Source: Faecalibaculum rodentium
GTDB lineage: Bacteria > Bacillota_I > Bacilli_A > Erysipelotrichales > Erysipelotrichaceae
Length of the DNA: 32,000 nucleotides
Assembly: GCF_001564455.1 (NCBI RefSeq)
Contig: NZ_CP011391.1
Location: forward strand, 1,290,001 to 1,322,000
Direction: 5' to 3'
Every line of letters begins with the position of its first letter. Within the stretch, counting starts at the first letter, position 1. A program made the translations under genes and the position numbers. The notes beneath the pieces are model-generated. The model did no database searches and was not told the origin of the DNA. It saw only the letters and a program-made list of their open reading frames with translations. Positions 9,265 to 18,014 of this stretch are shown here, one piece after another.

Positions 9265-9660
9265 CTACTTGCTCAGTTCCACGTCTTTTTTCCAGAGACC
9301 GTGCAGGTTGCAGTATTCATATACAGATACTGTGCCTTCCTCGCCGGTTACATCAAACACCGCAACAGGCTCTTCACCCGGGTGCAGCGTTTTCTTTTCG
9401 ACACGTCCATCGGGGTATTCCAGCCAGATGTTTGTGATCCAGTGCTCGGGGAGCATCGGGTGTGCCACAGATCCGACCTGAACCTTCAGTTCATCGCCGG
9501 CCTGCATCACTGCCGGAACGTGTTTTTCCTGCGCGGCATCTGTGGTGCCCGCCTGCAGTTCGCGTGCCGGCGTACCGTTGATGGTGATTTCCTGTACCGC
9601 TTCAGGTGCCAGGACCACTTCCACGATGGCACCGGTTGTATCGTCTTTAAAGAGTTTCAT
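9265..9660 (-). CDS. Superoxide reductase (1Fe-SOR / neelaredoxin-type desulfoferrodoxin family)
   Basis: 131 aa from MKLFKDD. The track ORF is 5'-extended, and the ATG at 9660 has a GGAGGAAT SD. Iron ligand motifs are EKHVP, HPMLPEHWI and CNLHGLW. Confidence 0.85.
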   Translation of the reverse strand: MKLFKDDTTGAIVEVVLAPEAVQEITINGTPARELQAGTTDAAQEKHVPAVMQAGDELKVQVGSVAHPMLPEHWITNIWLEYPDGRVEKKTLHPGEEPVAVFDVTGEEGTVSVYEYCNLHGLWKKDVELSK

Positions 9661-9897
9661 GTTCGAATTCCTCCATTCACTCTGTACCTGTATTATGGGC
9701 TTTCTCCGGCACAAACGGAACAGGAATGCTACCGCATTTGCATACATAAGCTCCCGGAACGCATCAGTCCCGGGATCCTCTTCCCTGCCGACCGGTGCAG
9801 ACAGGCAGCCGCCTGTGCATGATGAGTGGCTGCCACATGGCATTGTCTGTCTGGCGCCGTATAATAATCAGGAGAGCAATGAATGTGAGGCAACAGA

Positions 9898-10812
9898 ATG
9901 GAACACAACATACAAGTACAGACGCTGCCATCCGGTGACCTTCAGGTCCGGCTGGAAGAGCCCATGACCGGCGCGCAGCTGGTGGAGAAACTGGGCATCT
10001 CCAGGGAAAAGGACAAGACGCTGAAGATCCTGGAGAACGGTCAGCCGGTGGCAAACCGCGGCCGGATGCTGGAAAGCCGTGTGGTGACGCTCCGGCAGCC
10101 GGTTCCTGAAGAAATCCCGTACAGCTTTGAACCGGTGGATGTCATCTACGAAGACCAGTGGTGCCTGGTCGTTAACAAGCCGGCTTTCCTGCTGGTGCAT
10201 GATGACGGACAGACGCCGGACAATCTGACATCGCGGGTAAACGCACATCTGGCGGAAAGCGGATGGCCCTATCCCGCACAGGCTGTGAACCGCATCGACC
10301 GCGAAGCCACCGGACTGGTCCTGTTCTGCAAGAACCCGCTGTTCCAGAACTGGTTCGACAGGCAGATGGAAGACCGCACAGCGCAGAAAGAATACTATGC
10401 AGTACTGGAAGGCCTGCTGGAAAGACGGCATGTGGATCTGAACAATCCCATTGGCAGAAACCGGCATGAGGCGGAAAAAATGATCGTGTATCCAAAGGGA
10501 AAGGCCAGCCACACACATCTGGAACGCATTGCAAGGCGTGGAACCCGGACGCTGGTGAAAGCACGGATCACGACAGGACGGAAGCACCAGATCCGTGTGC
10601 ATGCAGCACACCAGGGACATGCGGTGGTCAACGATGCCCTCTATGGCGAGAAGGCGGATGACCGCGGCCTGCTGCTGCAGTCTGCACGGATCGTGTTCCG
10701 GCAGCCGGTCACAAACCAGCAGATCGAAGTCGAAATCCCGATGGATCCCCGGTTCCGGGAGTTCCGCAAGCCGCCGCGCAGGCCCAGGAAAGGGACCACT
10801 CACCGTCGCTGA
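9898..10812 (+). CDS. RluA-family 23S rRNA/tRNA pseudouridine synthase
   Basis: 304 aa with the catalytic motif NRIDREATGLVLF and the GRKHQIRVH motif. Confidence 0.9.
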   Translation: MEHNIQVQTLPSGDLQVRLEEPMTGAQLVEKLGISREKDKTLKILENGQPVANRGRMLESRVVTLRQPVPEEIPYSFEPVDVIYEDQWCLVVNKPAFLLVHDDGQTPDNLTSRVNAHLAESGWPYPAQAVNRIDREATGLVLFCKNPLFQNWFDRQMEDRTAQKEYYAVLEGLLERRHVDLNNPIGRNRHEAEKMIVYPKGKASHTHLERIARRGTRTLVKARITTGRKHQIRVHAAHQGHAVVNDALYGEKADDRGLLLQSARIVFRQPVTNQQIEVEIPMDPRFREFRKPPRRPRKGTTHRR

Positions 10813-10829
10813 CCAGCATGACCGGCAAA

Positions 10830-10862
10830 GACAGGAAACCGTCCGAAGTTTCCTGTCTTTTT
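10830..10862 (+). terminator. Intrinsic terminator of the RluA-family gene
   Basis: GACAGGAAAC-CGTCCGAA-GTTTCCTGTC is a 10 bp perfect stem followed by TTTTT, 18 nt after the stop codon. Confidence 0.85.
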
Positions 10863-11400
10863 GCTGGTGTGCCCGGCATGGCATACATCTAGGTGGTGAA
10901 AGTCCACTATGGGAGCGTATCATCGCAACCGCTAACCATTAGCCTAAGGCAAGGGGCTCTCTGGTAACAGGAGTTCTGAAAGAAGCCCGACGGCAAAGTC
11001 CCGGCCTGAGGAACACTAATCGCATATAAGGCCACAGATGGAGACGAGCGTGCCAGACAGCGCAAATCGTAATAGTTGCGGATGACTGTCGGTGGTAGAT
11101 GCGGCAGGTGTATGGAATGAAAGATGTATGACCTTACCCGGGGAGGTCCTGCCAGCGAGAGGAATCATCAAACCATGATGACCCCCTTCCCGCAGTAACA
11201 ACGAATGGCAGGAAGTCAGCCGAGGCCATAGTAGCGAGGAAGTCCCTGTAATGGGGATGGAGTGAAGGGCCGAACGTACGATTTACTGCAAATATCAGGA
11301 ATGCGTCCTGCACGAAAAGCCGAGGAAGGACAAACCCAGAGAGCCCCTGAAGATGAGTAAGGAAGGGCAGTGTGGGAACACGTGAAAGAGAGGAGCAGCC

Positions 11401-12750
11401 ATGAACCAGACCAGACTGATACAGCCGGAAGACCTGAGTACTCAGGAAATCTTCTCCATGGAGAACCTGATCAATGCGTGCAGACAGGTACGGCGAAACA
11501 ACGGAGCCGCAGGAGTGGATGGGGTCAAAGCCAGAGAACTCCCAGCGTGCCCCTGTCAGTACTGGGAACAGCTGCGGGAACAGATACTGGACCGCAGCTA
11601 TAAACCGCTGCCAGCCAAAAGGACCGATATCCCGAAACCGGATGGGAGCATGCGGGGGCTCAATGTCCCGGCTGCCAGAGACAGAGTCGTGCAGGCCTGT
11701 CTGGCAAACTATCTGGATTACAGGAAGGACTTCGAGATGAGCAACAGCTCATACGGGTTCAGGAAGAACAGGAGATGTGAACAGGCGATACTGAAAGGCC
11801 TTGAGTTCATGAACGACGGGTATGACTGGATCGTCGACATCGACCTGAGGAAATTCTTCGATACGGTAGATCAGGACAGACTGATACGACTGATAGACAA
11901 CCTGTTCCATAACAGGGACGTTACGTCGCTGACAAGGAAGTTCGTCAGAGCGGGAGTCATGATAGACGGCAGGCTGGTCAGGACAGAAAGAGGAATCCCA
12001 CAGGGAGGACCTCTCTCGCCGGTACTGGCCAACATTTATCTGGACCAGGCCGACAAGGAACTGGAAAGCAGAGGGCTGAGATTCACAAGATACGCAGACG
12101 ATATGCTCATCTATGTGAAATCGGAAGCCGCCGCCAACAGGGTGATGAAGTCATTCAGCAATTATCTGGAAAAGAAGCTGAAGCTGGAAGTGAACGCTTC
12201 AAAATCGAAAGTGGCCAGACCGGATGAAGTGAAATATCTGGGGTTTGGCTTCAAAAGGAACAAAAGGGAATGGAAGGCAATACCGCATGAGAAGTCCATC
12301 CATGAGTTCGAACAGAAAATAATGAAGCTGACGAAGCGGAACTGGAGCGTATCCCTTGAAGAAAGGCTGGAGAAAATCAATCAGGTCATCAGGGGATGGA
12401 GCAATTATTTCAGATGCGCATGGCTGTATAAAAAGAACATGCGGAAACTGGACAGCAAGCTCCGGAGAAGAATCAGGGCCATCATCTGGAAGCAGTGGAA
12501 AAGCATCAGGAAAAAAGAAGAGAGCCTCATCAAACTGGGATGTCCCAGAGACAAGGCTCACTCATATGCGTGTGCACGACAAGGATGTGTCCGTTGTGCA
12601 GTCACGTTCCTGAACAAGTATATCAGAAATATACACCTGAAGAAGAAAGGCCTCCTGACCATAGAGGAATACTTCGATACGGTGGCAGAAAGGTTCATGA
12701 AATCATTTGTACGAACCGCCCAGTGCCGAACGGCACGCTGGGTGGTGTGA
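11401..12750 (+). CDS. Group II intron reverse transcriptase/maturase (no endonuclease domain)
   Basis: 449 aa with RT motifs RGIPQGGPLSPVLANIYLD and RYADDMLIY, and the X/maturase region RGWSNYF. There is no HNH/En domain. SD GAGAGGAG lies upstream. Confidence 0.95.
   Translation: MNQTRLIQPEDLSTQEIFSMENLINACRQVRRNNGAAGVDGVKARELPACPCQYWEQLREQILDRSYKPLPAKRTDIPKPDGSMRGLNVPAARDRVVQACLANYLDYRKDFEMSNSSYGFRKNRRCEQAILKGLEFMNDGYDWIVDIDLRKFFDTVDQDRLIRLIDNLFHNRDVTSLTRKFVRAGVMIDGRLVRTERGIPQGGPLSPVLANIYLDQADKELESRGLRFTRYADDMLIYVKSEAAANRVMKSFSNYLEKKLKLEVNASKSKVARPDEVKYLGFGFKRNKREWKAIPHEKSIHEFEQKIMKLTKRNWSVSLEERLEKINQVIRGWSNYFRCAWLYKKNMRKLDSKLRRRIRAIIWKQWKSIRKKEESLIKLGCPRDKAHSYACARQGCVRCAVTFLNKYIRNIHLKKKGLLTIEEYFDTVAERFMKSFVRTAQCRTARWVV
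12713..12746 (+). ncRNA. Group II intron domain V (catalytic hairpin)
   Basis: GAACCGCCCAGTGCC-GAAC-GGCACGCTGGGTGGT is 34 nt with a GAAC tetraloop. A 2-nt bulge lies on the 3' strand and a CGC triad on the 5' strand. It is near-identical in layout to the O. iheyensis DV as I recall it. Confidence 0.8.
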
Positions 12751-12864
12751 GAGGGTCTGATGACACCTACTCGATTTTTCTGATTTTTCCGCAGTCATAG
12801 CTGCCTGTCCGCCGGATCCATGGTATGCTGAATCCAGGATAAAACAAACGGAAGGAGGTCCGTC

Positions 12865-13227
12865 ATGAATCCCATACGCTTTGACCTGGATCAGGGAACG
12901 TTCTCCATCTCCAATGGCACAGAAGGCGCCTGGAGCTGGGAGGACATTGCCGGCTGTGAGGTGCTCAATGAAGAGGCACGGTTTCACAAATCTTCTCCCC
13001 CGTTCTCTCACCGCGTCTATGGAGGAGGCACAGCCATGCCGCTGTTTGCCTTCGGGGATCCCGGCCTGTATGTCGGTCTCCGGATCACGTTGAAGGACGG
13101 ACAGGAGCTGGCTGCCTATGTCTCGGAAAAACCGGTACATCATAATACAGATCCGTATTTTGCGGACCGGAAGGAAGCGGAAAAAATCGCTGCAGCCCTG
13201 ACAGCATCCGAACCGCATACGGCCTGA
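12865..13227 (+). CDS. Hypothetical protein (120 aa)
   Basis: A strong SD GGAAGGAGG lies 7 nt upstream of the ATG and a terminator follows. I recognise no family. Confidence 0.6.
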   Translation: MNPIRFDLDQGTFSISNGTEGAWSWEDIAGCEVLNEEARFHKSSPPFSHRVYGGGTAMPLFAFGDPGLYVGLRITLKDGQELAAYVSEKPVHHNTDPYFADRKEAEKIAAALTASEPHTA

Positions 13228-13250
13228 GCCGACTGTCGTCAGCAGCACAA

Positions 13251-13290
13251 AAAACGGAGACACCCGGTAAAGGACGTTTCCGTTTTTTTT
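13251..13290. terminator. Bidirectional terminator between the hypothetical gene and the patatin gene
   Basis: AAAAACGGAGAC-loop-GTTTCCGTTTTTTTT has an A-run upstream and a T-run downstream. Confidence 0.7.
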
Positions 13291-13333
13291 CATGGAATGG
13301 ATGGATGTTTTTTCCGGCCTGTGTGCTCAAGTC

Positions 13334-14713
13334 TTACTTCAGGTAATCCTTCAGGCAGTACCAGGTGCAGGCGAGAATGTACTCTGTCTCAAACAGCTTC
13401 CTGAGCGGTTCAAGCACCATCGGCAGGCGTCCGCCATGATGCACCAGGGCAGCATGAAGGAAACTGATGATCTGGTCATGGGAACTGCTCTGCAGAAGAC
13501 TCAGCGACTGGCGGATCTTCCCGGGCTGCTTCAGGGGCGGGATCCGGTCTGTCCGGTCTTTGAGGCTCGTCAAGAAGTATTCCAGACTCATCAGCTGCAC
13601 CGGCTCCACACCCACGGCCAGCGCCAGGGCTTCGATCAGCCGGCCGCCGGCGTAGTTGTCCGTATAGCGGTTGTTCAAAGGCGCGGGATCGTAGCCAAGG
13701 GTCATATGGAAACATCGGGCAGCCAGTGCATTATCCGGAGTGATGCCGTAACGATCCAGATGCATGGCCACATACTGACTGATCATGTACAGCCGCGGCC
13801 AGGATGGCTGAGTGAAGGTGAAGACATAGCCACAGAACCGGTCATACCGTTTCATGGTCTCCAGATACCCCAGGTGGAGTGACCGGATACAGGAGTCCTC
13901 CCGGAAATCCAGAAAGTTGTTCAGGTCGATCACCGGCTGCATGTACACCACCGAACCGTCAGATGGAAGCGGCTTTTCCCGCCCGGGTCCATGGACATCG
14001 ATCGCCACGATCTTCTGCGCACCCATCTCCTGCGCCAGGCCAATTGGGAGATTGTCCTCCATACCCCCATCGATGTAATAGTCGTTTCCCATTTTCAGCA
14101 TTGGAAAAGCCGGAAAGCACGAGGCACTGGCCAGGATCACCGATTCGGCGTTTTCTTCCGTCATGTCCTTCTTGAAGAATGCCTCACCCTGCATTTTTGT
14201 GACGTTGATGGTCATGCACGCAAAATCCACCGTGGATTCGGAAAACAGCGTCCAGTCAAACATGCGGTGAATGGCATCCTTCAGCGGGGATATGTCCGTT
14301 CCCTGCCGGATGTACTTCTGGAAAAACCGGACCAGTTCCTCCCGGTGGCTTCTGATATCCCGCAGGCTGTCGGGCATTTCCGGCATGCCTTCTGCGATCA
14401 TCGCCGGGGACATGGTGTAGACGAAATCCACCAGGGGCTTCAGCGTGTGCTGGACATAGATGGCACCCACCAGCGCACCAATGCTGGTGCCGGCCACGCA
14501 GTCAAAATGTACGCCGCATTCATGAAATGCCTGCCAGGCGCCGATTTCATAACAGCCGCGGGCTCCGCCGCCGCCCAGGACCAGGCCGGTCTTGATGGGC
14601 TGGCTGTCCACCCGTTGGGCCGGGTTCTGCATGGCCTGGACATCCGGTGTCTGTACAGGGTCTGCAGCCACTCCGGAGGGAGTGGATTTGGAAATTGCTG
14701 ATGATTCGTTCAT
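13334..14713 (-). CDS. Patatin-like phospholipase family protein with ~200-aa C-terminal extension
   Basis: Oxyanion loop GLVLGGGGARG, nucleophile elbow GTSIGAL (GxSxG) and DGG Asp motif (YYIDGGMEDN). Confidence 0.9.
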   Translation of the reverse strand: MNESSAISKSTPSGVAADPVQTPDVQAMQNPAQRVDSQPIKTGLVLGGGGARGCYEIGAWQAFHECGVHFDCVAGTSIGALVGAIYVQHTLKPLVDFVYTMSPAMIAEGMPEMPDSLRDIRSHREELVRFFQKYIRQGTDISPLKDAIHRMFDWTLFSESTVDFACMTINVTKMQGEAFFKKDMTEENAESVILASASCFPAFPMLKMGNDYYIDGGMEDNLPIGLAQEMGAQKIVAIDVHGPGREKPLPSDGSVVYMQPVIDLNNFLDFREDSCIRSLHLGYLETMKRYDRFCGYVFTFTQPSWPRLYMISQYVAMHLDRYGITPDNALAARCFHMTLGYDPAPLNNRYTDNYAGGRLIEALALAVGVEPVQLMSLEYFLTSLKDRTDRIPPLKQPGKIRQSLSLLQSSSHDQIISFLHAALVHHGGRLPMVLEPLRKLFETEYILACTWYCLKDYLK

Positions 14714-14732
14714 GTCTTTGATGATACGTAAA

Positions 14733-15131
14733 TCAATTCAGGACAGCAAGCACTACGGTTCCCGCTGCCAGGCAGGACACAAACGGGATGGTGTTTTGCG
14801 GCCGTACCAGGGAATAGAGCAGGCCAAAGCCGCACGCCGCCACGACCAGTCTGTAGAGTGACTGCCCGGCAATCAGCGATAGGACAAACAGAGCCGTGAC
14901 ATCCGCCGAGCCGATCCAGTCCGGCCGAAGGCGCCACAAAAGCAGCACCAGGGCACAGAACAGCAAAGAGCTGTCAGCCTGCCAGGGAACGATGGCCAGA
15001 AGGATGGCAGCCGGAAGAAGCCACCACCTGGAAAATGTGCGGGTGGAAAGGTCCTGGATGAACACTGCCAGGCACAGGGACCAGAAAAAGAGCTTTGTCA
15101 TGTGCGAATCATAACAAAGCTCCTTTGTCAC
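14733..15131 (-). CDS. Small polytopic membrane protein, prepilin-peptidase (A24)-like
   Basis: 132 aa with 4-5 TM helices. An Asp lies in FIQDLSTRTF and a second in IGSADVTAL, where A24 enzymes have GxGDxKL. GTG start with GAGGTGAA SD. The stop is 20 nt upstream of the patatin start. The function call is weak. Confidence 0.5.
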   Translation of the reverse strand: MTKELCYDSHMTKLFFWSLCLAVFIQDLSTRTFSRWWLLPAAILLAIVPWQADSSLLFCALVLLLWRLRPDWIGSADVTALFVLSLIAGQSLYRLVVAACGFGLLYSLVRPQNTIPFVSCLAAGTVVLAVLN

Positions 15132-15198
15132 TTCACTTCACCTCAGGATACCGGGACAAAGCGCCGCTCCCTGTCACAGAAAAGTGTCCGGCAAACGG

Positions 15199-16053
15199 TC
15201 ATTTCTGCGGTATTTCGATGCAGTGACCGTCAAAACACAGGCGACAGGCCTCCAGGGAATACGGCTGACCCGGCTGTCCGCCATACTTCACATCCCCTGC
15301 CAGCGGATGGCCGATGTACGCCATCGAAGCCCGGATCTGGTGGAATCTGCCCGTGAGCAGATGCACCCGGATCACTGTGTTGTTTCCCGCATGGCCAACC
15401 GGTTCGATGTCCATATCCGCATGCAGCCATCCGTCTTCCGGCGTGTCGCGGACCAGGGCCTTTGTGCCTTCCTTTTTCAGGAACAGCCGGAGTTCCTGCG
15501 GCCGGTCCACAACTCCCTCCACAGTGGCCAGATACTCTTTCTCCAGATTTCCCTGACGGATCATCTCTGCCGCTTTCCTGGCCCCTGCAGCCGTCTTCCC
15601 TGCCAGCACCAGACCGCTGGTGTTGCGGTCCAGGCGATGCGCCACAGAGGGACGGAACGACCGGTCGGTTTCAGGATTCCAGATACCCCGCTTCCAGAGC
15701 AGCGTACGCAGCCGGCTGTTCATGTCATCCTGCTTGCCCGGCTGGTCTTTCTGCGACAGCAGACCCCGTGGTTTGTAGAGGACCATGAGATCGTCATCCT
15801 CCCACACGACTCTCAGCGGCCGGTCATTGGGAACAAACGCCTCCTGTTCCAGTACATCCGGTGGCAAAAACAGCTGGACGATGTCCCCCGCCTGCAGCAT
15901 CTGCCGCACCTCGCAGCGCTTGCGGTTCACCTTGATTTTTTTGTTTCGGACGGCCTTGAACATCAGGCTCCTGGGAAGAGCCGGCAGCGCCTTCTGGAGG
16001 TATTTCTCCAGTGTCTGCCCGGCATCGTTGTCCTGTATTTGCAGTTCAGTCAT
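15199..16053 (-). CDS. RluA-family pseudouridine synthase with N-terminal S4-like domain
   Basis: Catalytic motif HRLDRNTSGLVL and GRFHQIRASM. I moved the start to the ATG at 16053 (MTELQIQDN...) with a GAGGA SD. The 65 extra codons in the track have no homology signal. Confidence 0.85.
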   Translation of the reverse strand: MTELQIQDNDAGQTLEKYLQKALPALPRSLMFKAVRNKKIKVNRKRCEVRQMLQAGDIVQLFLPPDVLEQEAFVPNDRPLRVVWEDDDLMVLYKPRGLLSQKDQPGKQDDMNSRLRTLLWKRGIWNPETDRSFRPSVAHRLDRNTSGLVLAGKTAAGARKAAEMIRQGNLEKEYLATVEGVVDRPQELRLFLKKEGTKALVRDTPEDGWLHADMDIEPVGHAGNNTVIRVHLLTGRFHQIRASMAYIGHPLAGDVKYGGQPGQPYSLEACRLCFDGHCIEIPQK

Positions 16054-16208
16054 ATCCTCAGTATAGCCCACCTGGCTGGTCATCGACAGCCGCTGCCCTT
16101 CCAGACCCGGGACCTGCTGAAACGGTCTGCTACTGCCGATGACGGCTGTGTCTGCCTGGTCCGTCCGGTGACAGGCTCGCGGTTGTGCATTTTTTAGCAA
16201 ATCATGTG

Positions 16209-16237
16209 TTTCATTCACGGGATTTGGCCTGTATAAT
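16209..16237 (+). promoter_or_regulatory. Putative promoter of the hydrogenase gene
   Basis: TTCATT, 16 nt, then a perfect TATAAT at 16232-16237, about 40 nt upstream of the ATG. Confidence 0.4.
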
Positions 16238-16279
16238 GTTGAAAGCAAACGGATTTAACGGAAACAGAGAGGGAGAACT

Positions 16280-17797
16280 ATGCGAGGAATCTACAATTCA
16301 GTGACAGACATTCGCCGCAAGGTGTTTGCGGCCATTGCCAGAATGGCATACGAGGATGAAACGGATTATGCGAAGCGGATCGAAGAGATCCCGTACGAAA
16401 TCCTCCCGGGAACCAAGGCCAAGTACCGCAACAGCATCTTCCTGGAACGGGCAATCATCGGCGAGCGCCTGCGTCTGGGCATGGGTCTGCCTCTTCGTGA
16501 AATGAGCGAATTCGGTGCCCTGTCCGACGGGATCGAGGAAAGCACCATTGCCGAGAAATACTATGACGATCCCCTGATCAACATCATCAAGTTCGCCTGC
16601 AACGCCTGCCCGGAAAAAGAGGTCATCGTGACCAACCAGTGCCAGGGATGCCTGTCCCACCAGTGCACGGAAGTGTGCCCCAAGGATGCGGTGCACATTG
16701 TCAACGGCCGGTCCTTCATTGACCAGGACAAGTGCATCAAGTGCGGACGCTGCATGGATGCCTGCCCCTATCACGCCATTGTGAAGATGGAACGTCCCTG
16801 CGCGGCTTCCTGCGGCATGAACGCCATTTCTTCCGACGGGGATGGCAAGGCACAGATCGACTACGACCGCTGTGTTTCCTGCGGACAGTGCCTGGTCAAC
16901 TGCCCCTTTGGAGCCATTGTGGACAAGGGCCAGATTTTCCAGACCATCTATGCCATGAAACAGGGACAGGATGTCATTGCATGCATCGCCCCGGCGTTTG
17001 TCGGCCAGTTCGGTCCGACTGTGACACCGGAAAAAGTCAAGACGGCCCTTCTGGACCTGGGATTCGCGGATGTGGTGGAAGTTGCCATCGGTGCCGACCT
17101 GTGCACCATCGAGGAAGCGGAAGACTTCATGAAGAAAGTGCCGGAACAGCAGCCTTTCATGGCCACATCCTGCTGCCCTGCCTGGTCTGTTATGGCAAAG
17201 AAGGACTTCCCGCAATATGCCAGCTATATTTCCATGGCCATGACACCTATGGTGCTCACCGCGCGGATGGTGAAAAAAAATCACCCGAATGCAAAAATCG
17301 CCTTCATTGGTCCCTGCGCAGCGAAGAAGCTGGAAGCATCCCGGAAGTCTGTCCGTTCGGATGTGGACTTCGTGCTGACTTTTGAAGAAGTCATGGGTAT
17401 GCTTGTAGGCAAGGGCGTGGATCTCGGTACCCTGCAGCCGGCAGAGGAAAAACTGGAAGCTGGCACCAACGCAGGCCGCGGATTCGCGGTATCCGGCGGA
17501 GTGGCCAAAGCCGTCAAGAGCCTCATTGAGAAAGAACATCCGGGTACCACCGTCAAGGTACAGGCTGCGGAAGGCCTGAAGAACTGCCGTACCATGCTCA
17601 TGATGGCCAAAGCCGGACGGCTCAACGGCTACCTGCTGGAGGGCATGGCCTGTCCCGGCGGATGTGTGGCCGGCGCCGGTACCCTGCAGCCGATCACGAA
17701 ATCCAGCGCCCTGGTAAAGAAGTATGCCACGGAGAACCCCATGACAAACTCCGATGAATCGGCGTACGCAAACCGTCTGGAAGAACTCTACGAATAG
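16280..17797 (+). CDS. Monomeric [FeFe]-hydrogenase-like protein with multiple 4Fe-4S ferredoxin domains
   Basis: H-cluster motifs are TSCCPAW (L1), GPCAAKKLE (L2) and EGMACPGGCVAGAG (L3). Upstream are CxxCxxCxxxCP ferredoxin motifs. SD GAGAGGGAG. Confidence 0.85.
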   Translation: MRGIYNSVTDIRRKVFAAIARMAYEDETDYAKRIEEIPYEILPGTKAKYRNSIFLERAIIGERLRLGMGLPLREMSEFGALSDGIEESTIAEKYYDDPLINIIKFACNACPEKEVIVTNQCQGCLSHQCTEVCPKDAVHIVNGRSFIDQDKCIKCGRCMDACPYHAIVKMERPCAASCGMNAISSDGDGKAQIDYDRCVSCGQCLVNCPFGAIVDKGQIFQTIYAMKQGQDVIACIAPAFVGQFGPTVTPEKVKTALLDLGFADVVEVAIGADLCTIEEAEDFMKKVPEQQPFMATSCCPAWSVMAKKDFPQYASYISMAMTPMVLTARMVKKNHPNAKIAFIGPCAAKKLEASRKSVRSDVDFVLTFEEVMGMLVGKGVDLGTLQPAEEKLEAGTNAGRGFAVSGGVAKAVKSLIEKEHPGTTVKVQAAEGLKNCRTMLMMAKAGRLNGYLLEGMACPGGCVAGAGTLQPITKSSALVKKYATENPMTNSDESAYANRLEELYE

Positions 17798-17835
17798 TTT
17801 TTTCAGGATGGAACCATCTGACTGAATCAACTCAC

Positions 17836-17875
17836 AAAGGCACTGCTGCTCTTCTGGCGGCGGTGCCTTTTAATA
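17836..17875 (+). terminator. Intrinsic terminator of the hydrogenase gene
   Basis: AAAGGCACTGCTGC-loop-GGCGGCGGTGCCTTTT is a long stem with G-U pairs followed by TTTTAAT. Confidence 0.75.
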
Positions 17876-18014
17876 ATCACATGCAGAACCGCCACATGGT
17901 CTGGGCTGATGGAACACGCAGTCCCCCGGAAGTTCAGGAAAATTTTATTTTTTATGCAGGATGGTATTTCGTCTTAACGTATATGCTTCTGACAATACAG
18001 AAAGGAGCTCTTGA

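Larger units (their letters stand above)
10867..12775 (+). mobile_element. Group II intron, bacterial class C (IIC), with intron-encoded RT/maturase
   Basis: The 5' end is GTGTGCCCGGCATGG (GUGYG consensus). About 530 nt of ORF-free structured leader follow, with blocks I recall from the Oceanobacillus iheyensis IIC intron: TTAGCCTAAGGCAAGGG, CTGAGGAACAC, CTTACCCGGGGAGGTC and AGTCAGCCGAGGCCATAGTAGC. There is a 34-nt domain V with the IIC-type CGC triad and a DVI-like hairpin with a bulged A at 12769. The inferred 3' end is ...CGAT (AY). The 3' boundary is good to a few nt only. Confidence 0.85.

Noticed and set aside
9868-10923. 351-aa minus-strand ORF spanning the RluA-family gene, its terminator and the intron 5' end.
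   Set aside because: It is antisense to a motif-bearing gene, crosses a terminator hairpin and structured intron RNA, and has no SD. It is a mirror-frame artefact.
11401-12750. The reverse transcriptase as a retron, DGR or defence-associated RT (a candidate novel system).
   Set aside because: It is embedded in canonical group II intron RNA (GUGYG 5' end, DV, DVI) and has the maturase X domain. No msr/msd-like repeats, TR/VR pair or effector gene are adjacent.
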